Notes under the pieces: model-generated
Databases searched by the model: none
What the model was told of the DNA's origin: nothing
Seen by the model: only the letters and a program-made list of their open reading frames with translations
Shown: piece by piece, positions 12,054 to 25,205 of the stretch
Layout: every line of letters begins with the position of its first letter
Numbering within the stretch: position 1 is the stretch's first letter
Made by a program: the position numbers and the translations under genes
From: Priapulus caudatus
Taxonomy: Eukaryota
Direction: 5' to 3'
DNA: 64,000 nucleotides
Assembly: GCF_000485595.1 (NCBI RefSeq)
Contig: NW_014577077.1
Coordinates: 94,471-158,470, forward strand

Positions 12054-12911
12054 CGGTGTGCGTGCGTGCATATGTGTACCAGGTATGTAAACTCACTAAA
12101 TAATATGTTTAAAATTACGAGGACAGTAACCAGGACCGGTGGTCACCGTGTTCTGTATCGGTAGCTTCGTACATAATATTATCTTCACTACACGAGAACC
12201 ACGTAATTATGCTCCTACGCACTCGCGGTATACTCAGGAATTTATCTAGTAGAACAATTCCTTGCCGTGTGCTATTTCCATGCTTTTATTTAGAGGAATA
12301 TACAATTTATTTGAAGGACTGTTCGTTTCTGTATTTATTGTGAATATGAAGTGTATGTAAATACATTTTGACGTTAAAATGACGCTGACGGCTTTGATTC
12401 TATTATTATATTCCATCGCATGTTCAGTAACATTTTAGCTGTTGGTATTTATGGAACCGAATTCGATGTGCCGTGTTTTTGCGCCAACACTAATTTAGTG
12501 TCGAGAAAAACCCAAACTAACAAAACGTTAGGTAAAATATAAGTATAGTGTACAGTATACACCGGTTAAATGAAGAACTGAAGGATCAGATCTAAAAATA
12601 ACGCTAGAATAGTCGGAAAATAAGACAAATCGTCACAAAGAGTGTATCCCTATCGCTACCACATTTCCCACATGTTATTTATTCGTAAACTACGCTCCAG
12701 TAGTGGGGCTAGAGGAGGAAGAAAACAACGAAAACGACAAGAAGAAGATGAATAAGAATAAGGTGGAGGAGGAGAAGACGAAGACGAAGCAGAAGAATGA
12801 ATAAAAAGAAGATGCAAAAAACAGAAAGAAAACGTTCCTAGTGTTAATTGAAATTGTGCGCGTTTTCTTTAACACGCTATTTACACACCTACACGCAGAC
12901 ATAAACACCCA

Positions 12912-13218
12912 CGGGTATGGTTGGCCGTCGTACTCAGAAATAATTATTTTTACCGCGGTAGAAATAATTCAACCACGGGTGAATTATGTGTAACAAGGCC
13001 TCTGATTGGGTAAAACGGCAATCATTTTACCGCGGTTAAATTATGTGTAACAAGCCCTCTGACGGGGTAAAAAGGCAATCATTTTACCGCGGTTGAATTA
13101 TTTTTACCGAGGTTAAATTATATGTACCAAGGCCTCTGCTTGGGGTAAAAGGCCCATAATTTAACCGCGGTTGAATTATTTCTACCGCGGTAAAAATAAT
13201 TATGGCCAAGCATACGCG
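12912..13218. mobile_element. Foldback MITE with long imperfect TIRs and internal ~60-bp repeats
   Basis: taattatttttaccgcggtagaaataattcaacc (12941) is inverted at ~13169-13202. Outer gtatggttggcc / ggccaagcatac. Repeated accgcggt cores. Confidence 0.7.
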
Positions 13219-15788
13219 CGGACACATGGATGGACGCGCGAAAATGTTGGGGAAAAAACCTAGTGGTGATCCACTGCTATTATGTTTACCGCCACTACAC
13301 TAGTTCATGGGATCGTTCAGATAAAGTGTGCATGTATCAAATGAATCGTTCGCTAGATTACCTCGAGATGATTAGACACTTGTGTACAAAAACCAGAGAA
13401 ATATATAGAGACACTTAGTCTAGTAATAGTATAACCAGTACATTATTTCTATAGACTAAACTTTTTTGTCGTTCGTGGTGTATAATTTATATAAGCGCGT
13501 CTATAATACGTGAGCGTGTGCGCGTGCGTTCCCATATACAGTGTAATATGGGTAGATATGAGTTTTGCACGTGCCCGCATATGGGGATGAAATATGATTG
13601 TTTTCTATGTTCTCTATGAAAGTAAACTAGCTGGCGGTTTACTTACTTCCAATATCGTCAGTGTACTGCTCACTGGAGCGATGTAGAATCCCAGAGAAAG
13701 GTTTCTAGCGCGCGCGCCGCCATAAGACGGCGAAATTAAACATAACGCGCAGGCTTGTTTGGACACCCGCCGCCTCAGCTAAGCATTCATGAAAAAGCAA
13801 TGTCAATCAGGCCACATACAAAGAGCAAAGATAATGTCCGCATTCTAATACGGTCCGAGTTAGATCTACAACGTATGTATAATCGGGTGGAACTCCGTGC
13901 CGATATTTATTACAGAGCTTTATGAAAGTTCGTAAATTACTTGCTTACCATGTTGCAAACACGTAGATTTACTCGATTAATATTCGTAGAATGTCGACAT
14001 AGGCCTATTAATATGTCAAATGTATTTTCCAGGCGATTTCCATTGGCCTACAAAGTGGAGTTTACCTATAGGCATTATTTTCATTGTTACAATACGCTTA
14101 CTGCAAAGTATAGAGTAAGAGAAATGACCACAAAAGCAAACAAATACAAATTAAATTAACTTTTCATTTACTTTTAATTTAAACAATAATTTAAAAAGGA
14201 CTAGCTAACGTACAAGACATGCCACGGAGTGAGTGCATAAGATGCCGTTAAAAACCGATTTATAACTGATTATTCACAATTATTTGGTGCGGTACAACTT
14301 CAACACAACCAGTCTTTTTACACCCATTTCTCTTTATCCATTCGCAAATAAGAGGCTTCCAGCCAAAGCAACATCACAAACTAAGAACTAATGGTAGCTG
14401 GTTAAATGAGCGAAATGCTGACATTCTGAATACAACCGTCCTGACCGATCAGATGATCAGATGAATTCGGGGAGCTAACGGCACTCAGTAATACTGAGCT
14501 CTAACACTTCCTAGTGAACGTGGAAATTGTTGCTTGTTATTATCACAGGCTACTTACAAACAAACAAACAAACATACAAACAAACACAATCGCTACACGC
14601 TATTGTTTTTTAGCCTATGCAATATAAATAATTATTTAGAAAACCATAATCTGAAATCATGTCTCGATTTACATATACCTCAACAACCTACATTACAAGC
14701 ATAGACCGCACTTCCATCTTACACGGTATCAACATTCGAAATTGTTTCCACAACCAAACTGCAAATGGACAGTACATATGAATAAGTTCACAGTCGATGT
14801 CGATGGAAACGTTGAAAGTAAATGACAGGGACTGAAAACCTGCCACAGCGTCACAAGAGTTAGAGGTCGTCATTGGAGGCCAACCAACGTGACGACGAAG
14901 GCCCTAAGCTAGCTCTATATTTAGAACACGAACATTGCAAGCATGTTTTACCACGGAGCATGGCGTACTGTAACAGCACTGCCTAGAAACATTTGCGCAA
15001 TAACCGCTTCTTTTGCTTCCCGCGCTGAATAGTCTTAATGCACTCCCTGTTGCATGGCGAACATGAAAGATCATCACGCCACGGTGTGGCTAAACATTAG
15101 CCCTACAGTGCTTCTATAAGCGTTAAGGTGGTTGTAAATACACAAACATAAACGGGTAAACTGTAGGGAAATAATGCGACTACATGCATGATGCACTATT
15201 AAAATCTGAAACACGAAGCTCCAGCAGAATATATTGAACGATGCTTATGCTGATATGTACTATATGAGATGGGTTAGTCTTCTGGGCATGCAAGTAATCT
15301 AAGTTTCAAAACACAGCGAGTTAATACAAAATGATTCTGGTTTCCAAAAAGGTAAACGGCTGTACAGTATACATAATCTATCCACACACATGCCAACGCC
15401 AACATCTTGTGCTTATCATTCACTTATAGTCCCAAGAATGTCACCAGACCAGAATGCAGAGTTGTATGCGGATTAACTGACTACATGCCAGACAGTAACT
15501 ACATTGATCTCAGACTGCCCTCAAACATTTATCAATATATGATCGTCTGTCTCCCAGCAAAAATTGGAAAAGTTTGAAGTAATCGTGTGAACTAGGGCTT
15601 GCACGTTTTTAATGACCAGTATTTACGCCGAGCCAAAGTTGCGGATACCGCGACTCCGACTCGAGAATCGGCGGCAGCGCCGCTCGATGTAAAAAAAGCT
15701 TGCCGTCACGTCGTCGACGTCTACCCAGCTATCGTCATCGACACGTCGGTAGCACTCACAGACGCAGCACGCTCGCACATTTCGCGCC

Positions 15789-16880
15789 TCACAAGATGTC
15801 TGTCTCGTAGATTTTCATCTCAGTTCGCTTCTGCGTCGTCGCCGTCGCCACCGCCGCCGCGTCGTCGGCCGGCCCTGCCGACGGCGTCTTCGGTTTCGGC
15901 GACTGCGCGCGCGCGTCGCCGTTCACCTTGTGCGTCGGCGTCAGAGCCGTGCCCTTCTGCAGTTCCTTCTGCAGCCGCGAGTACTGCTCCTGCAGCGCCT
16001 GCTGCTTCATGATGAGCTCCTCGTGCTTACGCGCGAGCATCTCCTGACGCGACGTGCGCGACGATGACAACGCGTGCGCCGCATCCTTGCTCGGCGTGCC
16101 CTCCTGCGAGTTGATGCTCTCAGAGCTGGAGCTGTTGCTCGAGACAGGCGCGCGCGTGTACAGGTCGTCCGTGATCGCGTTGATGCGGATCACCTCGTGC
16201 GCGCGGCCGCCCGCCGCCGCCGCGCGCCCCGGCGTGTAGTCAAAGTCCTCGGGCTCCGACTGACTGCGGCCGTGCTTCGAGATGTTCGACTTGTCGATGG
16301 TCGGCGACATGCTCGGGTCGAGCAACGCGCCGAAGCCGCCCGGTGGCCCGCTCACAGGCGACATTTCCTTGATGGGACTCAGCATGCCCGTCGGCGACAG
16401 CAGTGGCGACGTGAGGCTGCGGCTGCGGCGCGGCGGCGGCGGCGGAGGCTGCTTGCGCTTGTCGTTGGGAACGAGCGCGTCGCTGAAGGAGGAGCCGGGC
16501 GACGACGACAGCGACGACGGTGGCTTCTGCGAGGCGGCGGCGGCGCCGGCGTCCTTTCCCTGAGACGTCGTCGCGGCAACGAACTTCTGCGAGCCGTCCG
16601 ACACAAGCACCTTCGCGATGGTGTCGGCGTCCTTCCTCGGCGACATCAGGTTGCGCTTGACCGTCGAGTAGTGGTCATCTTTATCGGACGACGTGCCTGC
16701 TCTCGGCGGCGTTTTGGAGCGCGTCGGATCAAAGCTAGGCGAGTAGTCGGATGGAGACGAGCCTGTACGCTCGTATAGGCTAGAGATGGCGCGATCAAGC
16801 CGGTGTTCTGTATCGGCCATGTACTGAGTGTCGCGCAGGGCCTTCTGTGCAAGTTCCAAGTTCCTCTCGAACTTGTCTCC
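15789..16880 (-). CDS. SRCIN1: SRCIN1/KIAA1217-like adaptor, last coding exon (GDKFERNLE...KQPPPPPPRRS...QEMLARKHEELIMKQQALQEQYSRLQK...KIYETDIL*)
   Basis: ttgcag acceptor, phase 0, 363 codons to TGA. The PPPPPPRRS proline motif is typical of the family; C-terminal coiled coil. The symbol denotes family membership, not proven one-to-one orthology. Confidence 0.85.
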   Translation of the reverse strand, partial: GDKFERNLELAQKALRDTQYMADTEHRLDRAISSLYERTGSSPSDYSPSFDPTRSKTPPRAGTSSDKDDHYSTVKRNLMSPRKDADTIAKVLVSDGSQKFVAATTSQGKDAGAAAASQKPPSSLSSSPGSSFSDALVPNDKRKQPPPPPPRRSRSLTSPLLSPTGMLSPIKEMSPVSGPPGGFGALLDPSMSPTIDKSNISKHGRSQSEPEDFDYTPGRAAAAGGRAHEVIRINAITDDLYTRAPVSSNSSSSESINSQEGTPSKDAAHALSSSRTSRQEMLARKHEELIMKQQALQEQYSRLQKELQKGTALTPTHKVNGDARAQSPKPKTPSAGPADDAAAVATATTQKRTEMKIYETDIL

Positions 16881-17446
16881 CTGCAATGTGGTTACTGAGG
16901 ATTAGTATCGGTGCAAGTTACACGATTAATCACGAATCGCTAAATAAGTGCTAAGCACATTCACAGTTAGTTAATGATCATCCTGAAGCATCTGAACGTG
17001 TAGTGATAAAAACAGCTGTTACCCTTTTTGTAAAGTCAATCTTTTTTCTCAGTGACAATTCTCGATATAATTTCTCCTGTTGAGCAATGTATTCGAATTA
17101 GAAAGTAAACTGTATTAAGATGCTTCCAGGAATGTTTGGTTACAGAAGTTACCTGTATTAAATAGCTAACTAGGTAATAATACTGTAATTGTTATTGCTA
17201 ACGCTATGCTATTGCTATAAAGGTTAGATTGCATGCGTATATGCAAGCGACTGTAAGATGATAAAAAAACCTGTTGGCTAAACACCTGTTTCACATAAAC
17301 GTTAACACAGCTATACGAATACGACATGTTACTGCTATACGATTCGGTTCATCAATTTCTCCCTGGCTTCACCCTTGGTTGGCTTATATTGCTTCCCGAT
17401 TTTTGTGACTCAGAATCGATCTGTTTTTCTTCAGGCAAGATTTTAC

Positions 17447-17534
17447 CTGTGCATTAGATGCCCTATAATCAGGCTTTGCAGCTTCTGCAGAGGAGCTAGT
17501 GGTAGCTGCTCGCTGCTCTTGCACAGACGCTAAC
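17447..17534 (-). CDS. SRCIN1: SRCIN1-like exon (LASVQEQRAATTSSSAEAAKPDYRASNAQ), phase 2-0
   Basis: tttcag acceptor, CAG|gtaaaa donor, in frame with both neighbours. Confidence 0.85.
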
Positions 17535-17900
17535 CTGAAATTAGGAGACGTAAATTTAATTTCTACTAACATATAGTAACTTGTTTAAACAATATCCTAA
17601 TCAATGTGCATTGACTGCAAAACAATGCAAATCTCATGCACCACTATTTCTGCCATATAGCCGATTTAAAATCGCTCTGCCTTCATCAAGATTAATCATG
17701 CTTGTCGAATCACTGAAATAGTACGCCATTGCAGCGCACGTGGTTTCACCTAAGCTCCATTCCACCTCATTTGCATATCTATCAGATCCTGATTTAATTA
17801 ATGTTAATGTAAGCATAATAAAGCAGAGCATTTCACATATCGATACGTCAAGTGGTACAGCGTGCATGGGTGCACCGTGAATGCATGTGCACCCCCGTAC

Positions 17901-17984
17901 CGTTTCAGCGTGAAGAGCGTGCCCGTGAGACGCTTGCATCGCTTCAGGGCATTGTCCAATCGATCTGGTTCTTCCTTCAAAAAC
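17901..17984 (-). CDS. SRCIN1: SRCIN1-like exon (FLKEEPDRLDNALKRCKRLTGTLFTLKR), phase 2-2
   Basis: ttgcag / CG|gtacgg. FLKEEP..LD..LKR motif of the AIP3 domain. Confidence 0.92.
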
Positions 17985-18616
17985 CTGCAACACAAGAGTG
18001 CACTTTAGCTTCATCACTGCACCTGCGGGTGTGTGACAGCGAAGCAACCCTGATTGCGCTGGAAATAGTTTCACCAGCTGCCCTCTTTGCCAATATCGAA
18101 CAGTTGGTGCGGTGGGCCACACGGGACGGTCATGCTGAAATCACCACAGAGTATACGACGATTTGAAGAGCGATTTGAGATTCGTGTAATCCACATCTTA
18201 AGTTAATTCTTCTCGTGATTCAATCAATGATAATATATGAAAATTTTAGAAACGACCTGATAAAGATTCATATTCATGAAAACGAAGACGCATTACTATA
18301 GTACTAGAATTAATACAAATATGAAATGAAAATAAATGGTAATCATGTAAGATACTAAGAAAGAATATACCAAAGAATTGTTGTGCTAGGATAACCTGCG
18401 ATCATTTTGAATCAGACCCAACAAAATTAATAGTTTGAATCAATAATCAGATAAAATCATTTGCATCATTTTGTACTGACTTCAGGCACAAACCTGATTA
18501 CGATTCTCACCGACATATCATCAGAAATGCAACATGGCCATATGGCCTGCAAGCAAACCTCATAATACCCAGAACTTATTCCCAGAATTTTACGCTAGGA
18601 AAGTATTTGTGCTTAC

Positions 18617-18823
18617 TTTTCTTCTCGCACGACCACCTCCATCTCGGCGTCCATGATAGTCTTCAGTTGGTCCTGCAGGTTTGGGAAGCGCACCTTGAGG
18701 TCGGCTATGGCTCGACTGGAGTGACTCAGAGCCACCGCCATCGACTCAACATCCTGCATGTTGACGCGACAGCGACGGTTGATGACGTCACTCCTCAGCT
18801 CCTCCACAGCGCCCTCTAGGTCT
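18617..18823 (-). CDS. SRCIN1: SRCIN1-like exon (DLEGAVEELRSDVINRRCRVNMQDVE...FPNLQDQLKTIMDAEMEVVVREEK), phase 2-2
   Basis: ttgcag / AA|gtaagc. AIP3 coiled-coil motifs LE..VE.L..D and FP.LQ. Confidence 0.92.
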
Positions 18824-19599
18824 CTGCAATTAATGCATACAATTATCAGAGACTGGAAGAGAGCCACGAAACGTGAATTAAGTGACGGCATGTGGCTTAA
18901 TTACTTTCTCTGCAACCCACTTATATCACATCAGTATGTGAACATATGTCATCACACGATGCAGCATCAACATGAAACAGTTACTCATTCCCAAACTATA
19001 TTCGCTCTTAAATGTGATCGACCCTTCTACCTCATCCTGTTATGTAATGACAGGACTATTTTATGGGCAAGATGGAAGGTGTGGACAACTCACCTATTGC
19101 AGAGATGAAAACTCACATTTACACTTACAGACAGATTTGTATATTACGTACGTTACTGCTGATCTTGAACAAATATATAAGTATTGTATAAACATGTTTA
19201 TGATAACAATACATGTGTGGACTATGTATAATATCAAACATGCACACACCCATTCTCGTACGCACGCACACACGCACACACGCAGGCACACGTGCGCGCG
19301 CACGCACGCACGCACGCACGTATAGGGAGTGTATAAAAACAAATTGTCTTTATTCATTCGATATTATGTATCACATTTGTATCCTAGTATACATATCTCC
19401 ATGATAATATATATCTATGCCAGAATTCCACCAACAGATATATACAATGTTAATGATATTGGACTTTGTAAAGACATTGCATGAAATCTGCCACATCTAG
19501 CATACTGGTCCATCACGAAATTAGGGCGTATTACACTAACATCATGGGTCTAACATAACTCCATGACAAGCTGCAAGCAAAATGCATGTACAGTTTTAC

Positions 19600-19718
19600 C
19601 TTAGCACTTTCTCCAACATGTCGACATCCTGTCGGTAGCTCTCCTGGTCTTGTTGAATCTTCTTTCTGTCACCCCGAAGCGGTATGTCAGGATTCAGTGG
19701 CAGGACCGTCAACATATT
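19600..19718 (-). CDS. SRCIN1: SRCIN1-like exon (NMLTVLPLNPDIPLRGDRKKIQQDQESYRQDVDMLEKVLR), phase 0-2
   Basis: ctacag / AG|gtaaaa. Open and in frame; below the ORF-track cutoff. Confidence 0.88.
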
Positions 19719-20783
19719 CTGTAGATGCAAATCTACTATGATTACATGAACTCTAACACGTATTCTGATCTTGCTGTCTATTTATTGAACTTTCAATGCT
19801 TAAGTAGCGGGTTAACTCTTGCATATTAATTCCACTGATTTGAAGGTTAACATAATTGTAGAAGAAATTGGGTATTCAGTTGAGCCTGGGTTATGAAGCT
19901 TGCCGAGCTTCATTTGAGTTAGACATTCCATTTTTGAATATATACTAACAAACATTGACAACAGAGAAATCCGCAAATCACTGATACGATTGCCTGGGGG
20001 AGATACGCCAAATACAATCAATGTTGGATACTAACAGAACTGCGAACAGCAAAAACGAATGTGATTTCACATGAAAAAGTCATCACGTGATCACCTAGTC
20101 AATTCTAGCAGAAAACAAGGCCGGTCCCCTCTCCTGCCTCCAGCCTTACCAATACATACACCACATAAATAGACATGAACCACACTGGAAACTGCTGATG
20201 CAAGCACATCCTTTACACATAGCCAAAGAGAATACGCACGAGATGATATTTAGCACCATTATGGCTCGGATATGTTTCTGCAGTGTTTAAAACTGGATAT
20301 AGAATGGCTTTACACGCCACCTACTATGCCACAACTTGTCAAAACCTTTAGTAAACTAAGGTCGTACATCACAGCGCACACTATTATCAATGCATACCTC
20401 TTATCCATAGCTAGGGAATGCTTTAACAGCATATAGGAGACTATGTGAAATAGCCAGAAGGTACTTAATTGACACTTGTTAATCTTTTACTTCTGTTTAT
20501 CACTTAACATAAAGCACTAAAGTTTCAGAATTTAAAAAACAGTATTGGGATGTTACCTAATAGGGTATTAGACTATCTGCTCAACACTGTTAAATGCATA
20601 CGGCCAAATACGAGCTAGCAGTCTCACCTTTACAGAATGGTTGCTTGTCTATAAAAGCCACTTTTTGCGTTTTTTAGAGTGAGCTTCTTAAAGAGGTTAC
20701 TCTACATAGACACACCACACCTACATATATGCATGCACGCAAGCACGCACGCACAAACGTGCCCGCGTACACACAGATACCCA

Positions 20784-20819
<36 letters not shown>

Positions 20820-21029
20820 CACACGCACGCATATCCACGAACTCACATATGCATGCATACACGCACGCATCCACATATCTAAGCTGCAATGCACACCAGT
20901 GATTACGATAATAAGTACACTATGGCTTCATCAGAAAATCAGCGATGGCTTCATCAGCAAAGACCACTGCACGACTGTAACATATAAGGAGATGATATAA
21001 AGATAAAGCAAAATTAACTGCTGGAGCAC

Positions 21030-21220
21030 CTTTATCTTGTCAGAGACTTCTCGTATGCTCTCCTTCATGTTCATTGCCTGCGCCTGGGTCATGCGACGCA
21101 AGGTCTTAACCTCGAGCTTCAACTCCTGGGTACGTAGATGCAGGTTACGCAGCGACTCTCGGGAGAAAGGGTACTGTACATGTTGACCCTGGGGCGTCGC
21201 ATAGCCACTTCCACTCACTG
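21030..21220 (-). CDS. SRCIN1: SRCIN1-like exon (AVSGSGYATPQ...LRNLHLRTQELKLEVKTLRRMTQ...SDKIK), phase 1-0
   Basis: ctgcag acceptor (tandem CAGCAG), AAG|gtgctc donor; start of the coiled coil. Confidence 0.85.
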
Positions 21221-22427
21221 CTGCAGATATAAGAACGAATGAATCAATCACGAGACACAAATAAAAGATAAATATGGTTAGGTGTCTGTTCTCGTTGATG
21301 CCTTCGTTGTCATAAAATAATAATACCTGTGCAGAACTCATTTGGATCTCTTCACCTGTAATTTAGAGGATTTTTATTACATGCAGTAACAATGTTTCAT
21401 ATGATCCTCCAAGAAACTGGGAATTCCATGGTAGCTAATGATTAAATTCACAATTTATTTGTTGAACACATCGATAACAAACGTGGCTTCATGTTGACCA
21501 ATTAAAAAAAAAACTTCGTAGAAAGTTCAGAATCGGACACTCCCATTGAAAATATTCAATATTATGTCCACTTCCACAATATGTAACAGGTCACAGCGCA
21601 TAAAACAGTGAAACATTCGCCACTTCATCTGCCCACTTCGTGCAGATGAGCTTGTCGAGAGAAACGGAAACCAAAACTCCAAATCTCAAAAACCTCCTGC
21701 AACCGCAATAAACTCAACCAAAACAAATAATTGAGATCAGCGTGCCCTGTATCATAACAGAGTAAGACATGGATCTGCAGAAAAGCAGCCTGGCAAAACA
21801 TTACGTGACGCAGATCGAAAACCAAAATAATGTTACGTTTTACACGTAGCCGCAATATGAAATCTATGTGAGGTCTCAATTGGAAACCAAAACAATCTCA
21901 GACCCCGATTGAAAACCTGAATAAATGCGATGAAATGGAATAACAACATATAGTACACATCACATGTAAAATGGAAACTAAAGTAACATTGAAAACAGTG
22001 TGTCTTATAGTTCAACCACTTCCATACCTTTTCGTTTCGATGATTCTTCTGCACAGATCAGCAGCAAGAAACAGAAACTAGAATGTTAAACCTTTAGAAA
22101 ACGTGCTGGGGACCCATAACAAACATCCAAAACTTTTACCACTCAGCGAATATACGCCATTACTTTATATGAAACAATTCACATTGCGTCGTACGATGTT
22201 AACGCTTGACGTGGAAAACACTATGCGTGAACATGAACTGCTTTGACTAACCGAATTAATTTACCAACCGTCAGGACTAAAGCAGCTGACTGTAATAAAC
22301 TGCCAACACTGAAGACGTGAGATTGACTACGACACCCTTAATATTGGCTCACACAATGTCTAGGGTTGGTAACAACGTTTATTCACCCTCTGCAACTGTA
22401 CATAAACCACACGCCTCTAAATGATAC

Positions 22428-22490
22428 CTTTTGTAGGCGTTGTCTGGGTATCCCGAGATGACTTAGTATCTTTCTGACCCGCCGGTACGG
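22428..22490 (-). CDS. SRCIN1: 63-nt phase 1-1 exon (AVPAGQKDTKSSRDTQTTPTK)
   Basis: ttactaaccatttgccacag acceptor with consensus branch point, AAG|gtatca donor, open in the required frame. Confidence 0.7.
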
Positions 22491-23274
22491 CTGTGGCAAA
22501 TGGTTAGTAAGGGTTATTACAATAAAAGGCATAACCGTTTTTTACTAAAAAAAATAATTTTTCTATCACGGATCCCCAAGGAAGCACTTTTTACGTTGAC
22601 CAGTACAGAACATTCATGGATATTCGCGGGTTATTTCTGAGAGCCAAGCATGTCAACCAAGTTATGATTGGCTTTTAAAATGGAAAGTGACTTCGAATGA
22701 AAATATGGGCGTTTTGTAACCGAAATAGATAACCGAGTTACAGTAGAAATGTATGTGTTAAATTTCTTTCGCTTTTAAGCTACAATGTACGGTATTTTAC
22801 AGCTATGGCATTAACAACTAAATTACGGTGGCTACGAAAACGCAATATTCTTGATTGTGTGGTAGTGTCATATAGTGATGATTAATGTATGTATATACTT
22901 GCCAATTTTTTAAAATATTTATAGATATAATTTTGTCAATGTTAAGAGAAAACCGATATTATTATCCTTTTTCTAAACGTATAGGGAGCACGTCTAGGAA
23001 GGAACAATTTGCCTACTAGATATCCGTCCCAATATACTACTTACTACTACTAATACTAATTACTAATGATTCTATTACTTGAAAATACGTTTATACATAG
23101 TTGAGTTTGTGAGTTTACGGGTTTATATATGAGAAAGTAAATTACATAGACATTTAGCATATTAAATTGTATTCAGAATATTATCAATATAGAAACAATG
23201 ACAGTACATGACTATGCGGCATGTCGCGTATTATATTATACCAGTCCCTTATAAAAAGTTTCAGGGTTGCATAC

Positions 23275-23322
23275 CTTTGGCTAAGCTAGCAGGTTTTTCA
23301 GGTAGTTTGGGTTTAGGTTTGT
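23275..23322 (-). CDS. SRCIN1: 48-nt phase 1-1 microexon (DKPKPKLPEKPASLAK)
   Basis: tgctttgtgttgcag / AAG|gtatgc; open. Confidence 0.72.
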
Positions 23323-24065
23323 CTGCAACACAAAGCACGAAGTGTTACATGAAAAGAAAAACAGTTTTGATCTATTGTTTAACATCCAATTAGTTTTACC
23401 AGAATGCAACGTTATTTCCTGTCTATCAAACTACGAGCAATGCACTGTGCAAAATGTAATATTATATATTGTAACCGCGAGTTTGCCACGCAAGGTACGC
23501 CCCACTGGAATTTAGGCGATGATACGTATGGGAATACATAACTAACACAAGTCCGACTAACACAATGTAATAATATACGCAGTTAGAGATCTACCAGGTA
23601 GTAAGTAACCAGGGCCATAGTATTTAGCAAGTGTCCAGCACAACTCAGGAACACACACTTGAAATTTATACGCACGTGTCCTAACGCCCGCCACCCACGA
23701 AAGCTTAGTAAGCGGGTTAGTGAGGTAGTTTGCTAAGAACAGCTCTCGTGTGAAGCAGGGTTTAGGTTTCCAACCTCACGAGGGAATAACATAAATAGTA
23801 AACACGTTTGATATCTAGCTAAGCCATCTCCTATCAAATAAGCTATCCCTAACCGTACGCAGCAAACTGAGGTGAGGAACACGGATCTAGGCACATGTAT
23901 ACATAGGTAATGCAGCCATACCAGTGACAGCCATGTTAAATTTGATGACACTTGTATGATAGCCAGATAGTATTGCACGATTTCAGAAAATCCCCTATAA
24001 CGATATGTAAGCATAAGTGCGAACATAAATGATCACAGAGAAAGAAGCATGCAATGTGATTGTAC

Positions 24066-24098
24066 CTTTGGTTGCACCTTGCTTTTCAGATTTTTTGT
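24066..24098 (-). CDS. SRCIN1: 33-nt phase 1-1 microexon (DKKSEKQGATK)
   Basis: actaat branch + ttttttatttttgttactag / AAG|gtacaa; open. Confidence 0.68.
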
Positions 24099-25163
24099 CT
24101 AGTAACAAAAATAAAAAAACCAGTAACATTAGTACCATGCACACTATGTAGAAGCATGATGTATTACAGTATTAGTGTACATATCAAGCACCAAAGTTTG
24201 AACCGATTTGTGTGGTGTCTGTAGCTTGGTTTTTGTAAACGGCAATTGATTCATTCATAACGAAAAAGATGCAATAATTAAACAATACATTATTATGAAA
24301 CTACCATCATCATCAATCCATTACATAAAATATTGTCGCCAACCTTATATACCGTAATGATTTACTAAAAATATTCATATCGACCCTATTAATTATATAT
24401 GGAAACACTGGAACGTTTCCCAGAGATGGCCAAGTTTTTGTAAATTCGTGAATTGGCATCAGCAACTTCAACTGGCCCATTAGTATGCCTGATGGCATAT
24501 TGCATTTAATATGTTCATAAACATGCATTACGTTTTTCGGTGCAAAGTTACAACCTGCAAAATTACAGATGAATGCAGCCGCCGATCGTCTCGTTAATAA
24601 GCATGATGGCATACACAGAACAAATCAATAATTATTTAAATGAGTTACCCTCCCTATTTATCATCATTTCCTCATTTCCTCATATCCTCATTCATCCTTA
24701 TTATGTTCAAACTATAACTTTTAGTTACGCAAAGAACCTATAATAATATATTCCGGTAGTATTAAGAGTATATATAGTAAGGAGACGTTCCAAGGAATAT
24801 TTCTTCCTATGGTGTATATTCACCACGTATTGAACCGCGTATTAATTCATACCGCGTAAGTAATGTATAGTATTGCTTAGAAGCAGATGCTCTATCACAA
24901 AAATTATTGTGAGGGATGAGAAGCCACGTCATAATATCACACGTATCTCTATGGGGATGAAAGTGTACTAAGAAGTCAGTTAAAGTAGGCAAAAGGACAG
25001 TTGCACAGACTGGACTGCCACATACCTATTATATTCTGTTGCTGTCAATGTATATTGGACCACCAGAGATCGTTCAGAGAATATATATATATATAGCGAG
25101 AAAGAGAAAGAGAGAGAGAGAGAAAGAGAGAGAGAAAACGACCACATAGTCTAGAATGAGTAC

Positions 25164-25205
25164 CTTTAGCAATTGACTGCTGGTCTTCATTTTTGCTTAT
25201 GGCAT
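25164..25205 (-). CDS. SRCIN1: 42-nt phase 1-1 microexon (DAISKNEDQQSIAK)
   Basis: cccttttcag / AAG|gtactc; open. Confidence 0.65.

Noticed and set aside
15599..16778. Plus-strand ORFs of 137 and 234 aa
   Set aside because: Antisense shadows of the GC-rich last exon; low-complexity Arg/Ala sequence with no recognisable motif.
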